Source: Amoebophrya sp. A120
Taxonomy: Eukaryota > Protista > Dinoflagellata
Assembly: GCA_905178155.1 (NCBI GenBank)
Contig: CAJINV010000020.1
Location: forward strand, 496,001-560,000
DNA length: 64,000 nucleotides
Reading direction: 5' to 3'
Shown here: one piece after another, positions 11,009-26,000 of the stretch
How the letters are laid out: each line of letters opens with the position of its first letter
How positions within the stretch are numbered: the stretch's first letter is position 1
Translations under genes and position numbers: made by a program
Notes under the pieces: generated by a model
What the model was told of the DNA's origin: nothing
Databases searched by the model: none
What the model saw: only the letters and a program-made list of their open reading frames with translations

Positions 11009-14000
11009 ATGTCGTGGTTCATCGTCGTTCCACGACCTCCTGGGAGGTCGTTTTATTTGCACGACCGTCAGCACCCTTCTTGCAGCCGACGGCGTGGTGC
11101 TGTTTTTCGCGGCCACCAACCACGACTTCGACGTGCACACAGTGCTGGTGCCCGAAGATGTTTTACTTGCTTGGACCAGCTAGAAGTTACGAGGAAAGTA
11201 CTCGTTGCGCCGGGGTGGTGGTCGTGTCGCATTCGCTTGTTGATGTCGCGCCGCCTTGTTCATCTAGAAGCTCTGCCGTTCCTCATTTTCATGGTGCCGC
11301 TCATTCTCATATTCGAACAAATTTTGACTTTTATCCCGATGAAGGATGATCATGATAGACGCCCTCCCTTAGAAGAGACACCACCACGACCCACTTCTGC
11401 CGTTATTTTTGTCTCCGCGTCCATTGCGGGTTTGACCAGACCGATTTGCCCGGCTACTGGGTATGGCCATTGTGGAAATGCAACTACCGTCAGAATGAGC
11501 ACTCAAGTCAACATTTGGCAGGGCAGCCTAAAAAAGTGCGACGCGGACTGCCGGGGCCTGACGGACTGTGCGGCCTTTTCGTACGGGATGGCCAATAACG
11601 TCCGCCACAGGTGCTGGTTTTACGAAACCAGCGTCGGCTGTACTGGGGCAAGTTCCACCGCAGACGCCTACTCTTACACCACTTTCACCCTGGCCAGGAA
11701 CACGGAGGCGTGCGTGGATTCGTCCACCCTCGAGGAGCCTCCCAGCTGCCCGGTTGCGTTCGACGGAGGGTGCGATAAACCGCCAGAGCAATGGATCGCC
11801 GCGATGCACTACGATCGGACTGATTACACCATCAAGGAGGGCAGGTACCTTTGTGCGAACACGCCCGACTGTGACAGTTTCTGGCTGGTTGGGTCTTCCG
11901 CTACGTCGGGCCGTCTCGTCTTGCGGAAGGCGGGATGTACACTAAAGGCGAGTGAAGCGGGTATCAAAGTGAAAAATCTCCCTTCGCGATATTGAAACGA
12001 AAATTTCTGTTGCTGCATTTGTGTACACAAAGACAAATCAGCTCTGTCTTGCAGTGAGGCACTGCAGGCAAAGCCTAAGCCTGTGTATATGTGTTTTGAT
12101 GTAGGTGCTTAGCATAGCAGAGGCCTGCCATGTAGCCGCAACAGCATTACAAATCGCCTGCATAGGCCGGCGGTTTCTTTGGATGTGCCCTCCTGCAAGA
12201 GAGACAGGATTTGTGGCCACGAATCAGCAGCACAAATATTTAGGAACATACCTGCTCAATATGGGGAGGGGGGGTTTTTTCTCGCAATAGCGGGAAGCGA
12301 GCGGGGTTTTCTGTTAAGCGAATGCCCGCCCACCACATCAACGACGACGACCACAACGACGACCACAGCACGTGTGGACACTCTCCAGACGCCGCTGTGC
12401 CCCGCGGAGTGGGCGGGCGCAAGCTTCGGCACGAGCCTGGGTTGGTGCACCAACCAGGAAAGCAACAAGAAGCTGCATGTGAACACGAATGCCGGGAACA
12501 CGATTCTCACTTGCGACCTGGTATGCATTGCAAAAATCTCTGGGTTTGGAAGAGTGCAAGTTTGTCATGCTTCTCTGGCATAAGCATGACTCATACTTAA
12601 ATCTGTGATGCGTGAGCCAATATGTATAGGCGTGGAGTTACCCGTGCGGCAAAGAGCTCTGCCGCCGATCCAACGATGATGATGATGATGATGATGGGCA
12701 GGAATAAGCCCTCTTGCCTGTCATGCAAAAACGCCGTTTGCTATGGTATGCGGAATCCGAAACACAATAGCAGCTCAAAATCTTGTCATGCTTGGCTGCG
12801 TATTGCAATGCGCCCAGCAGTCACATTTTAGCATCACAAGTTCATGTTCATCCCAGACCCAGATCGATATTTGCAGTTGATACCTGGAGTGCCGACTAAC
12901 GCCGACTTGCACCCACTACGTCATGGACAACAGCGCGACCCCCGTCTCGTGCACCTTCTACTCCGAGGGCTGCGCCTTCGGCGACCGTCCGCACGAGACG
13001 GTGAACGACGTGGTAAAAAAGTTGATTGCGTTTTTATCATTTGTAAAAACGTCCCCACACCAGAGTCAAGATGGGAAATCTGCTAGACAAATCATCCAGC
13101 TTCGGTCGTTTGGCATGACAAGTATTTCCTCGTAGTGTAATCCTGTTTAGGTAGTTCAGCAGCATTTTTACAGATCTAGCATACCATGCGGATTATAGCA
13201 GCTCAAATTCTAAAACACCACTATAAAACGGCTCTCATGGCGCTCCGCATGACAAACTTTTTTGGCATGCAGATTTGCATGACAGCTCTGGGGTGGGGAC
13301 GTTTTTCCTCAGGATAGTTTTCCGTGGCCCGCAACGCGGCTAGCTGCATCGACATGCACGAAGTTCCACGCCTGGACGATCCGGACACCAAATGCGTGAG
13401 CGTGGTCAAGGGCTGCGCGACCGCAGCATCGGGCGCGAACGCTCGGAACACGATGACGCTGTACTCCTACCAGGACCGGGAGTACGGGTTGGAGGAGTGT
13501 CGGTACCTTTGTGCGATGACGGAGAAGTGCGTGCAGTTTCATCTGAATTCCAACTATCTGTCGGGAACCAGCACCCGGCCCGGGTGCACCCTGCTGAAGG
13601 GAAAAAGCTGCACCGAACCGGACCCTATCCCGTGCATGCAAAAGTATCGCACTCGTAGGGATTGCAGTCATGCATTGCAAATATCCACTCCAAGGCAGAC
13701 GTAAAACAGCATTGACAAATGGTCTGCGCTACTTTGTAATGCAGTATACTCGCTACCAACCGCAACCAGTATCGGATTATAGATACTTTTGCGATGCATA
13801 GACCCGGTCCAAAGCTACGACAACTGGAAAGGGTACAACTTGGACGCCTGCCCCATCCGCGGGAGCGTGTGCCCCGCGGTGGGGCAGGGGAATTACGAGG
13901 ATGGCTCGTGGTGGACCACCACGAGTATCACGCGCGTCGACCAGGCGACCTCGACCTGGGACACTTTTGTGACGGACTACGATCACTTTTGCCGGGGCCG

Positions 14001-17000
14001 CGGGTACCACCGTGTGTGCGGGACGATCATGAAGGACGCTGGCGGCGGGGGTATCGGTATCGAAAGGAAAAAAAAACCCTCCCCATATCAAAAGAAGCGA
14101 AACTTCTGATGCTGGATTTTTTGTGTAAGTACACAAATCCGAGCTGTCTTGCTGGAGAGCACTGCAGGCCCATATCAAGCGTGAGTACAGAGTTTTTGGC
14201 CTAGGTGCTTAGCATGAAAAACATCCGCGCCGTAGGCCCAACAGCATGACAAACCGCCTGCACAAACACAATGCGGCGGAGCCTGCGGAGTTGCCGTCTT
14301 GCAAGACGGACACGATTTGTGAGCACGAATCAGCAGCACAAATGTCCAAAAATGTACCTTGTGGAGGGGGGACGTTTTCTTACGATAGTCGGCTCCTTCG
14401 CGCAGACCGGCGGCCTCTGGAAGCCCGCTTCCATGTCCTACATGAAGTTTGACCTCGCCCTGTATCAAGAAGAAAAATCCCCCCTCTGTGACGCGGGATT
14501 TGTGTACACAAATCGGCTTTGTCTTGCAGTGAAAGACCACAACCAGATACAAAGCCAGAGTAGGGGCGCTTTGGTGTAGGCGCCTAGCAAGGCAGGCGTG
14601 TCCTCCGTAGGCCATACAGCATTACAAATTGCCCGCAGAACCATGCGGCGGAGTTTTTGGATCTGCCTTCTTGCAACACAGAGACGATTTGTGGTCTCAG
14701 ATCAGCATCACAAATTTTCGGAAGTATCCCTTTTTGTTATGGGGAGGAGGGATTTTTCCTCGCAATACCCTGAACGATCACAAGTGCCGGAAGTACGTAC
14801 CCCGGGTGGATCAGACCAGCTGCCCCGTTGCCTTTACCAGCCCGTGCGGAGGAAACTCTATCAACTGCAAATATCCCTGGATGTCTGGAAGAGTGCAAAC
14901 GTGTCATGCAGGTTTTCCATGGCCCATGAGGTCTGGAAGTGGAATGCGGGACCTGATATGACAGACTCTGTGGGGCGGTCTCTGTCATGCCTATCCTGCA
15001 TGAGAAATCCCCCTTTCCAACTTGGTCGAAAATGGACAGCTTTTGGAACTCATGCAGCACAGATTTTTGCCTGATTCAGATTTAGCATGACAAGTTGCAA
15101 TCTGCCAGTCCCACACATATTTCTTTGCAATCGATAAACTCAGACGGTTCCCGCAACTTGTACACCGCCACCCACACCTATGCAAGGAAAAAACTGTGTA
15201 AGTGTAACTTTGTCTTGCAGATGTTGCAATACAGTTACGCTTGTCATGCTGGATATGCATCAGATACAGAGGCTATTTTCTTACGTGTTTTCGCGTACTA
15301 GCTACGCATAGCAGGTTTTCTCTGTCGTGCAAAACAAATCTGTGATGCTGTTCCTGCAAAAAAGATACACTTACACACTTTTTTTCTTGGATAACACCGC
15401 GACCTACAACTACTAAAGCGAAAAAAGCCCCCTCCACCCCATACTCAAAGACAATTCGTGTTGCTGGATTTGTGTACACAAATGAACTAGAGCTTGCCGG
15501 CATATTCTATAGCCCATTTTTTGAAAACGCATCCGGCTAGCAGCTGCGCATGAGAAACCAGTCTGACATACACGAAAACTCATGGCAGACTGGCTGCACA
15601 ATGCGCCACATGGGTGCTGTTTGCCTTGTACGCAAGACAAAGGAAGCTGATTTGTGACCACAAATCACAAACGTCCTTTTTGTTTACGGGAATTGGAGAC
15701 TTTTCCTCACAATAACAACGGGCAGAAGTACTCCGTGGCCGACTGTCGGTATTTGTGCGCCGAAACGCCGCAGTGCAGTAGCTTCATCGTGCAAGCCTCC
15801 ACCGAGGTGTGTACGCTGTACAAGCAAGGTATGGAAGTGTCAGGATTGAAATCGTCAAAGTTGAAATAATTCCTCATGCATAAATTGCAAGGCGCGAAAT
15901 GTCTCTCTTGCAGGGGTGGCAAGTGAGGCCGACGGTCCTCCTGTTTGGGGTCTACGATATAGCTGCTAAAGTAACATGACAAAAGACACTTTCTGTCCCT
16001 AAAAAGCATTACAAACTGGATCGAGACGGTGCCGAAATTTGTCATGCGCCGCTTAGAATAAATTGGGCTTCCAACTGGGATCGATTTTATGCTTGACTCC
16101 GCGACCCGGTGGCCTGCGCCTGACCATGATCTACGGAAAGGTGCCCTATGGGCGGTTGCGTTTGTGGTTTCGGTCGGTTTAGCATTACAAGTTATTTCAA
16201 CTTTGTCGGTTTCAATACATTCCCATACAAGGCTGTACAGCGGACTCAACCGACGCGGACTACGAGGGGTACCATTTGGCTTCCTGCCACTTGAAGGACG
16301 ACGGCATAATTGGAAGCTTCGTCCCGCCCAGCGCGTTGTTGGAAACCTACCACACCCTCGATTCGTCCAGCAATGGAAGTCCCCTGTGGCGGCCTGAGTA
16401 CGATTTTGGCAGCTACTCGAAGGACACAGAATTTTTCTCGGTGAAAGGAGGCTATTGCGCGACCTTCAAGCAGTGGCACCAGGTCGAGTTCCGCGACGGG
16501 GAGGCCCATTTTGTCACGGGGATGATGCTACGCATTGCAAATATGTAGAAATATGATGCCTGGGTCTGGAAACTGAAACTTGTGATGCAAAGCAACAAAG
16601 GGAATATTAGTCAGCGCACGACATCACTACACTGGAAAAATGCGCTGCCAGGCATGACAATTTTTTCCGTGGTTCTGTGCGGCGTAGTTCTCTGCATGAA
16701 AAAAAAAATCCGTTCATTTTGCATGGCAGACAAGAGGAGCTCTTCGTCTTCGCGGGCGCGCAACACAGAGTTCAGAGTCAACAAAATTTCAGGGTCTCCG
16801 CGCGTATCCCACACCCTGTTGTCTTTGGTTATGTGAAATCTGTCCTGCGCCAATGGGGCAGTGACAGTGAGTGCGCAGCTTAATTTAGCAACTTAAGAAG
16901 GCAGGCCACTACCGGGGCCGGCAGCTTCCGGAGTCACGGACCCGGATAATTTTTGAATCTCTGGCAAACGCCTGTTCGTCTCGGAGGTACTCGTCGCAGT

Positions 17001-20000
17001 CTCAATATGCAGAAGGCCATATCTTCGCGGCCGCGCAACACAGAGTTCAGAGTCAACATGGCAGACTAGTCGCTGACAAGTTTCGCAATCTTCCAGGCCC
17101 AAACCGATATTTGCGGTTGATAGATGCTTTTCCGTAAACGCGAACCCCCCAACGATTCAGCGCGAGTAGTCAACCAAGTCGAGCACAGCCTGGACGGTAC
17201 CGGTTGGACCGCCGTAACAAGTCCAGGGGCATTGTCGCCCACGGGTACCTATGCATTGCAAATATGTCTGGGTCTGGAAGGATACAACTTGTCATGCTAA
17301 GTCTGGATAGTGCAAAAATTTGTGTTGCATGATTACCAATAGGTGTCCACTTCTGAACAAGTTTAGTGGGGGCAGTTTGTCATGCAGGATAGACATGATG
17401 TTGATGATAGATGATAGAGACTTCGCAGAACCTGTCATGCTAGGTCCTGCATTGCAGACATCATGGTTATGGGGCATGGAAAATATGCATGACAAGTTTC
17501 AGATATCCACGTATATTTACATTTGATAGTACCTGGGTCACGCTGAACCAGAATGCGAGGAAGCTCCGGGTGTCGTCGAGCACAAGCAGCGGAATGGTGA
17601 CGTACTGCGGTATTTGGGTCTACGAGACCACCACGACCACCACTACGCCTGTGTCTTACATGCCGGCAGCCACCGCCGCCCCTGTCGATGTCCAGCTTAT
17701 CAAATGTAAAAATGTCTGGGTCTGGAAGAATACAACTTGTCATGCTGTTTTTGGACTCTAAAAAATATTGGTATTGCATGACCAGCAAGAGGGGTCCGGT
17801 TTGTGGTTGTGCTACGCGGACAGGGTATTTCTCATGCAGAAGGTGCATCAGGAAGCCGTGTAAAAGTCTGTGATGCTAGGTCATGCGTTACAGGCATCAT
17901 GGATCATGAGAAATATGCATGACAAAACCCGGCAATCTTCCAGACCCAGACACTTTTACATTTCATACAGCTCCTGGTCGACCCAATCTGCGTGGCGGAG
18001 TTTGCCGGGACGTGCGTCGGCGGGCCGTTTATCAAGGTAAACGGAAACAACTACTTCAATCTAGCAGGCCAGGTGGGCGGCTTGCAGGGTTGCGACAAAA
18101 AGTGTCGCGACTTCGCTGCGTCAGGCGTTGCTGGTCAGGAGTGTGAGTCGTTCCGCTGGGACGCTGGAATACATGGGGGCAGCCGAAAGCAGCGGTGTCA
18201 CTACTTTCGAGCGGGTTGCGTGGCTGCGGGTACGCAATCCAACTCGGACTTGCACGACTTCACAATCTTCACACTCCAAAAGAACAGGGGCTCGTGCATG
18301 AGTGCGCACGAGGTGCCGGCAATCAGCACGGACGCCGGGGTATCAAATGTAAAAACGTCTGGGTCTGGAAGAATGCGAACCTGTCATGCAGATTTTACAT
18401 GGCCCGTGACGTCTGTGATGTATTCCCTGGCATCACAGATTTTCTGAGTGCTTCTTGATGCCTATTCCGCATGACAAATGGCCTCCCCGCGTAGCAGGAA
18501 CTGGGCTCCTTTTGCTGGTCATGCAATACAGATTTTTCTAGAATCCAAAATTAGCATGACAAACATAAATTCTTCCAGACCCAGACATTTTTACAGTTGA
18601 TACGGGGATTGCGACGCCGCGTACAACGGGGCGTGCACCGCGCCTGGGGACGTTGATGACGGCACGTTGCTTGCCACTTACCACTACCGCAACTTCAAGC
18701 TCTCGGAGTGTCGCTGGCTGTGCGCCATGACGGAGGGCTGCGCCTCTTTTTTTCTTAGACAAGGTACCGGCATCTGTAAGGTGTATAAAACAGGGTGCAT
18801 ATTACAAGGAAAAATGCCCCCACCCCCAAAGTTGCAATAATTACTATCTAAACTGCAGCAGCTGGTCAAAAATGCATGCGAGGGGTATGTTCGGGGGTGT
18901 GTCAGGGGTATGCAAATGGCAGTCAATCACGACCTGAATACAAATTTTTGGCGAAAAAGCAGAAGGTGGGGTATAAACATACCCCAGACACACCCCAGAC
19001 ACACCCCAGGCATACCCCAGACAGACCCCCGAACACACCCCAGGCAAAAAGTCCGAACATACCCCAGACACACCCCGGACACACCCCGGGCAGACTTTCG
19101 GACACACCCCGGACAGACTTTCGGACACACCCCGGCCAAACTTTCGGACTTTGCCACGCGAGGTTTGGCCCCGAAGTCCAGTCTGTCACGCGTCGCGAGG
19201 CGGACCGTGCGGCCACGGGGCGAAAGCCCTTTTGGGCAGTTGCTGCAGTTTAAATGAAGTTACTATTTAAACTGCACCAACTGCCCAAAAGTGATCATTT
19301 GGGGGGTGTTCCGGGGTATGTTCCGACCCATGTTCCGGGGTATCAATCACGACCTAACTCGGCCATTTCCTCATGCACCCCCCAAAACATACCCCACACC
19401 TGACTCCGGAAAAGTGACACCCGGCCCCGGAGGTCACTTTTCGAGAGTCGGGCCCGACCCCGGACCTGACTGTCGGAAAGTGGCTTTCGGGGCATGGTCT
19501 GGGGTGTGTTTCGGGGTGTGTTCTGGGGTGTGTTCCGGGGTATGTTTCGACCCCTGTTCCGGGGTATCAGACACGACCGGAACCGGCAAAAACCTCCTGC
19601 ACAACTCAAAACATGCCCCCCACCCGACTTCGGAAAAGGAACACCCGACCCCGGGGGCCGCTTTTCAAGAGTCAGGCCCGACCCCGGGGGCCAAAGGTTG
19701 GCTGCCTATTCATTGGGGGGGGCGCCCCGCCCAGGGGCGCAGAAACAGGTCTGTGCGCCCTGGTTCGGGAGAACAGGCTCCAGGAAGGTGGCCGCGCCCC
19801 CCCCTCACATGGTCGTGGGTAGTCCTTTTGGGGGGCGCCCCGCCCAGGGGCGCAGAAACAGGTCCGCGCGCCCACTCTGGTTCGGGGGAATGAACAGGCT
19901 CCAGGAAGGCCGCGCCCGCGGTTGGTCGTGGGAGGGTAGTCCTTTGGGGGGGCGCCCCGCCCAGGGGCGCAGAAACAGGTCCACGCGCCGCGCCCTTGGA

Positions 20001-23000
20001 AGGCCGCGCCCTCGGCTGGTCTTGGGTAGTCCTTTGGGGGGGGCGCCCCGCCCAGAGGCGCAGAAACAGGTCTGCGCGCCCACCCTGGTTCGGGAGAACA
20101 GGCTCCACGAAGGCCGCGCCCTCGGTTGGTAGCGGGTAGTCCTTCGGGGGGGCGCCCCGCCCAGGGGCGCAGAAACAGGTCCACGCGCCCTGGCAAGGCC
20201 GCGCCCTCGGTTGGTCTTGGGTAGTCCTTTGGGGGGGCGCCCCGCCCAGGGGCGCAGAAACAGGCCCGCGCGCCCTGGTTCGGGAGAACAACCTCCAGGA
20301 CGGCCGCGCCCTCGGCTGGTCGTGGGTAGTCCTTTGGGGGGGGCGCCCCGCCCAGGGGCGCAGAAACAGGTCCGCGCGCCCTGGTAAGGCCGCGCCCTCG
20401 GTTGGTCTTGGGTAGCCCTTTGGGGGGGGGCGCCCCACCCAGGGGCGCAGAAACAGGCCCGCGCGCCCTGGTTCGGGAGAACAACCTCCCGGACGGCCGC
20501 GCCCCGCCCAGGGGCGCAGAAAAAGGCGCATTTTTCCAGGGGGGCGCCGGCACCACGGGCGCCAAGCCACCCCGTTCTGTCGCAAAAAAAAAACCCTGCC
20601 GCATCATGGGCAAGAAAAGCCACCGCGGGTGGCCCTTCTTCGCCGCAAGGTCGCAGCGCGGGGACTCTGTCCCCGCGCCATGACCTTGTTTGTGATGCAA
20701 AGTTTTCAAATGAAAACTTTTTGTCATGCATGAAAGGAGTATGAACCTTTGTGAGGCAGAGTCTAGGCGTATATCGCATTGCTTGCATGCGAAGCGCCGC
20801 TCTTGCTGGGATCTTGCGCAATACAAATTCTTTCTATTCACGATTGGAAATCTGTGATGCTGATAGATGCAAGAGGGCGAGTGTTTCAGTTGCAAAGGTT
20901 TGCAATACAAATGCTCCCAAGTTCGGGGGTGGGCGCATTTTTCATTTTGATAGTGCACCGAAGACACCAGTCAGGCGGCCAATTGGCAGGGCTACGACCT
21001 GGCCACCTGCAAGCTGCAGGGGAAAGTCTGTCCCGCCGCCTGGGCGGGGTGGTGCGCCGAGAAGGACGCGCTGCAACTTCCCGCGGTCACGACCGTGGAC
21101 CAGTCCACTTCGCTGAAGGACACCCGGATCGCCGATTTGGACGTGTACTGCCGGGGGCGCGGGTACAACGGGACCGCCTCCAGCTCCTGCGCCTCCTTTT
21201 CGCGCAACCAGTTTACGGGCCACGTTTCCTACTTCCGAGCGGGGTGCACCCCGGATCCAAAGGCCTTCAACCAGATGCAGTGGAGCCTCACGCAGAACGA
21301 TATCAAGTGCCGCCACCCTGGGCATGTTCCAGCCCTGGGCACCTGCAACCACGCCTGGATGGGGTGGTGCTCGAACTGGCAAGACAAAAAGATTGGGGCC
21401 GGTATGTACTACAATGACCGGCCCTACACCGTCGCGGAGTGCCGGTACCTGTGCGCGGAGACGCCCGAGTGCGCCGGCTTCGCCCACAAGTTCGAGCACG
21501 GCATCAACGACTGCAGCCTGTTCCGCGCGGGCTGCGAGAAGACAGTCGAGCTGCCCCGCGCCCACCGGTTCTACCACCTGAGTGAGTGCGCCATCAGCGG
21601 GCCGGCACTGGACATCACGGGGCAGTTTGTGCACTACTCGCACCTTCGTGCCGCTGCCAGCTCTGGTCACGACCCCAAAACGGCTATCTTTCCGTACCGC
21701 CGCGCCGAGCACGACTATACCGAGCATGACTTCATGGGGACTGAAGACACCCGCATGTCTAAAGAAGGGCCTTCTGCGTGCCTCTCGATTCTGAAGGGAA
21801 CCGCTATGGACTTCTCAACTGCTACATTGTCAACTGTTACATAAATTTGTGATGCAAGACTGGCAATAAGTGAAAGGAAGAACATTCCGCGTGTTGCATG
21901 ACAGATTTGGCACAGGGACGCCCTGCGTCTTGATGAAGAGATAATTTAAACAGGGACGTCCTGCCCTTAGTCTCCCAACATGACAGATTTGGCACAGATT
22001 CTCAGCCTGTTTCCCCGTCTGCGAGTTTGTCATGCGAAGCAGCTTGATGGCGTGGATAGTCCAGGCAATTGCGCATGGCAAATCATGATGCAACAATTGA
22101 GAATGTACCGTTTGAGAGCCCCATCACCGCGCCGGCGGGTTCGTGGGAGGTGGAATTCCGCGATAACCAGTTTCTATCCTGTGCAATAGTATCGTACTCG
22201 TATTGCAATCATGCAATACAAATCAAAATGGGGATCTCACAACACAAATCTCGTTTGGGTTTCGTGAAAGAAAAATATCCGTGGGTTTTACAGGGAAATA
22301 CAGAAACACAGGTCGGTATAGACAGAATAAGTATCGGTGAGCTTGTTTTTCGATTCGTCTGCGATGCGTTGGTTTCGTGAAATAATAAACACATGGAATA
22401 GTTTACGGTTAGTTGATAGAATTTTTAAAAAAAGAAAAAAGTAGACATGCACAGACTGAAAATCATGATACAAGCACCTCCCCACTGGTGGGGAGGTGTA
22501 TCCTTGAAGATGACTTATCTTAAAAAACTGTAGCCGAGGTGTGTTTCTGTGTTTTCCTGTTTTTTTTTTGGATAACTGCACTCAGGGGAAATGAGAGAAG
22601 GTGAGAGATGCAAAAGAGACGAGAGTGCTATTAGCAGCTAAAAGGAGAAAATGCCCTTGCTGCAATTTATGTTTTCTATTGTCGAAATCTCCAGCCACCG
22701 TTGGTCATGAAAAAAGTAAATAACAGGATGGCTTATATTATCATTGGCGCATTTTTATGTGTTTCCCACGCTGGCCTCTATGCCACGTGTGCTCCCTGCT
22801 GGATTCCCTGCGAGGAAAATTGCCAAGATAATATAAATCAAAGTATTAAAGTCAGATTTTAGATCTGGCAGAATACTGGAGAACAGAGACAATAGAAAAT
22901 ATCGACGAACACCGGCACCAGAATAAATATGAGATGACATGAATTGGAATCCGAGCTATAGACTTTATTTCATTTACAACGTATTAGCTTTGCATCTTCT

Positions 23001-26000
23001 GTTACGCATAACTTTGAAGTAATGCATCTAGTATATAGAGGTGTCTAAGAAGACGGGGTTGTGAGCGGCTGGGAGTAAGTTTTAACTAAAAACGGGATTT
23101 ATGAACGGCTAGCTGCAACTCCTGAAAATTATACACGCTCTCGGAAGGCATGGAAATAGAAACTATATGCATTACAAACTAAGAAGCTCGCATGTACAAA
23201 GTAAAAGAAATAAAGAAAAAATATAGTAAGGTCTCCATATTTTTCCGATACGCCCACCCAAGACGCAGCCGGATACAGAGCGAGAGGACGCAGATGTGTG
23301 AGCGGGAGACCAGCTTAGATTAGACCAATAAACATGTATCCTGAATGAAAAGTGAATAATTATCAAACAAGAAATAGAAAGTAGATAGATTGAAAATTGA
23401 TAGAAAAATATATAACAAATTCGACAAAAAACAGAGGACAAAATGGGGAGAAAAAATCGCAGGAAGGCCCAAACGGGAACCGAAGCCGAGATTACGATAC
23501 ATCTTCGTGCCAGAATATGGAATGAGCATCTACTCAAGAACAACACGAATCTGTCGGATGCAATCAAGAAGCACCCGCACAAGGACAAAAATCAAGTAGG
23601 AAAAAAAATATACGTCTGCCGGCACTGCTATGACACCTTCCCAAACCAAACAAGACACTCGGGCCACCAGACAACATGCGGCAACGAAGATCTGATCTGC
23701 GAAGACGTCAGCAGTCTAATTCTCGATGAGAATTATTTTGAAGTCATGCATGTTGATTTTGATACTGATGAGACTAAAAATACTGGCATGACAACCATTA
23801 TCTGGGTAAATAATCCGAAAAGGGATCAGATGAAGCGTCATGGTTGTAGTGGCAAGTTTGTGTGTGGTAACTGCGAAATCGCGAACAGTAACAACTACCG
23901 CTTCTTAGTTATGCATCATCAAACCTGTCAGCGCTCTATAGATAGGGCGTTGAAGGTGCAGCGACTAGGTTTAGGTAGGAGCACCCGGCAGTGCTTTCGT
24001 TGCTCTGCAAATGTGCTAGCCCTGCGCGCCCATATTATTCAGCATAACAAACTTGATAATGCAAAATATGTCAGCACCAAGAAACTGATAAACTTAGATA
24101 TATTTAATTGGGACGAATGTGTAGCAATGTCAGATGTAATATTGGAGGAAGCGAACTGGGGCGAGTTCCTGCCGGTGTTCATGAACGCGCAGTCGATACA
24201 CACGAACGGGGTGGGGTACTACATTATTGACTACCTGGACTCCTTTGGGCCGCATGTGGTGGGAATTAACGAGACCGGGGTTTCCAACCTGGACGACACG
24301 TGGTACATCAAGCAGTTTCTCGAAATGGGGTACCGCGTCCTCATCTGCCCGCAGGTGTTGAGAAGAAAGAAGCAGGGGTGTACGATGGTGCTGATTCGGG
24401 CGTCAGTGAAACTGGTGAACATTGTGGAGATTGGCGACACGGACGGCACGGAAATGATCCACGTCCAGCTGGAGATGTGCAAGAAAATATTCGACGTGAA
24501 AGTGTTGTACGCGCAACACGGGAAGCTGGATACTACCATGATGCCAATCAGCAGTGGAGTGGTAATGGGAGACCTGAACGCACGATCGCGGATGTGGGAC
24601 GTGGAGACAAACGACAACGGAAAAAAATTGGAAAAGTTTCTACGGGGGGAAACGGGAAAGAACCTCATCTGCGCGAACGACCCGAATACCAGCACGAGGA
24701 TTAGCAAGACCGCGCAAACGTCTCCGGACGTAGTTTTGTACACAGACGACTTTGCAGATGTGGAGCATTTTGATGCTATTTTGCCTTTCTTCGAAGAAAA
24801 AATCTCTCGCAATGAGCTCCCGCTTGGAGAGTTGTCCCGCAACATGCATGACGGGGAAATGCATGACCTTCTTGTAGAGCTGGATGTTGATCCGACTAGT
24901 ACTGAAGAACCTACAGGGACTCCTGCAAACGTCTCAATCTCGCGAGGGCAACATGAGCATGAGGGACAGATGTCAATTGCAAACGGTTTGGAGTTGCTAC
25001 GGCTTGATGATGCTGAAATACCCCCTGACAGCCCCCCGCAGAGAAGAAGGTTATCTGAGGAGTCGGATTTTGCCGGTCTAAATCCTGCTGCGGAAGTTGA
25101 TGAAGATGAACTTTTTGCGCTTTCTCTAGATCAGATCCCGGAGCCAGAAAGCGACATGACCTTTAGAGGAGTATCAGGAAAGCAGAAAACAGGCAAGACT
25201 GCGAAGCAGAACATGAGCAGACCAAGGAGTAAGTCAGCTACTAGCGCCAGTGATGATGGGGATGACGCGGCGGGTGAAGAAATAGGGTCATTGAGAACAG
25301 CAGTACTATCTAGAAATAGGGGGGCAGAGTCCTCCTCATCAAGTAGTGCTAACGCTAGTAGGAATGTAATGCATGCTTCTGCATCTACTAGTGTGAACGC
25401 TGATAGCTTTGGTGACATTGTGATGGGTTTTGAGTCGATGAATATTGCGGATGTGCATGATACAGGTACGGGGGGATCGAAAAAGAAAAGCATCTCAAAG
25501 TCAAAAAATTTACAAGCAGACAATAAAAAGAAAAACAAACGGAGTACCACGCAGCCTGCCCGAGGAGCGGCGAGGACCAAGAAGGCGGAGGTGGACAATA
25601 CGGAACTGGAAGAAAGAAGGAGGGAAAGAAAAGCAGCCGCAGATCGAGCTAGAGAGAAAGGAAAAATGTGGCATAGTTGCTCCGATCATTGTCTTGTAGA
25701 AACAAGATTTGTATTGAAAAACGCCATTCCTGACATCCCGGACATGCATGAGTATGATGCTGAATGGGGGGGAGTATCTCTTGATTTGCATGATAGTCCG
25801 TGCATGAATGAGGAAGAAGTTGCAGACAGGTACGCAAAGAACCTTCCAAGATTTATTTTTGAAGAAGGGGTTGAAGTGAAAAAACAAAAATGGGTGGGGC
25901 CTTTCAATGAATCCATAACAAAGGTGATGCGGACTTCGCGGATTATGAAGGAGGGATGGACAAAACTGCGACCGGTTTTCGCGCAGAAGGAGCTACAAAA

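Noticed and set aside
19494-20967. Long Pro/Gly/Arg-rich ORFs on both strands
   Set aside because: Stop-poor GC-rich satellite inside an intron.
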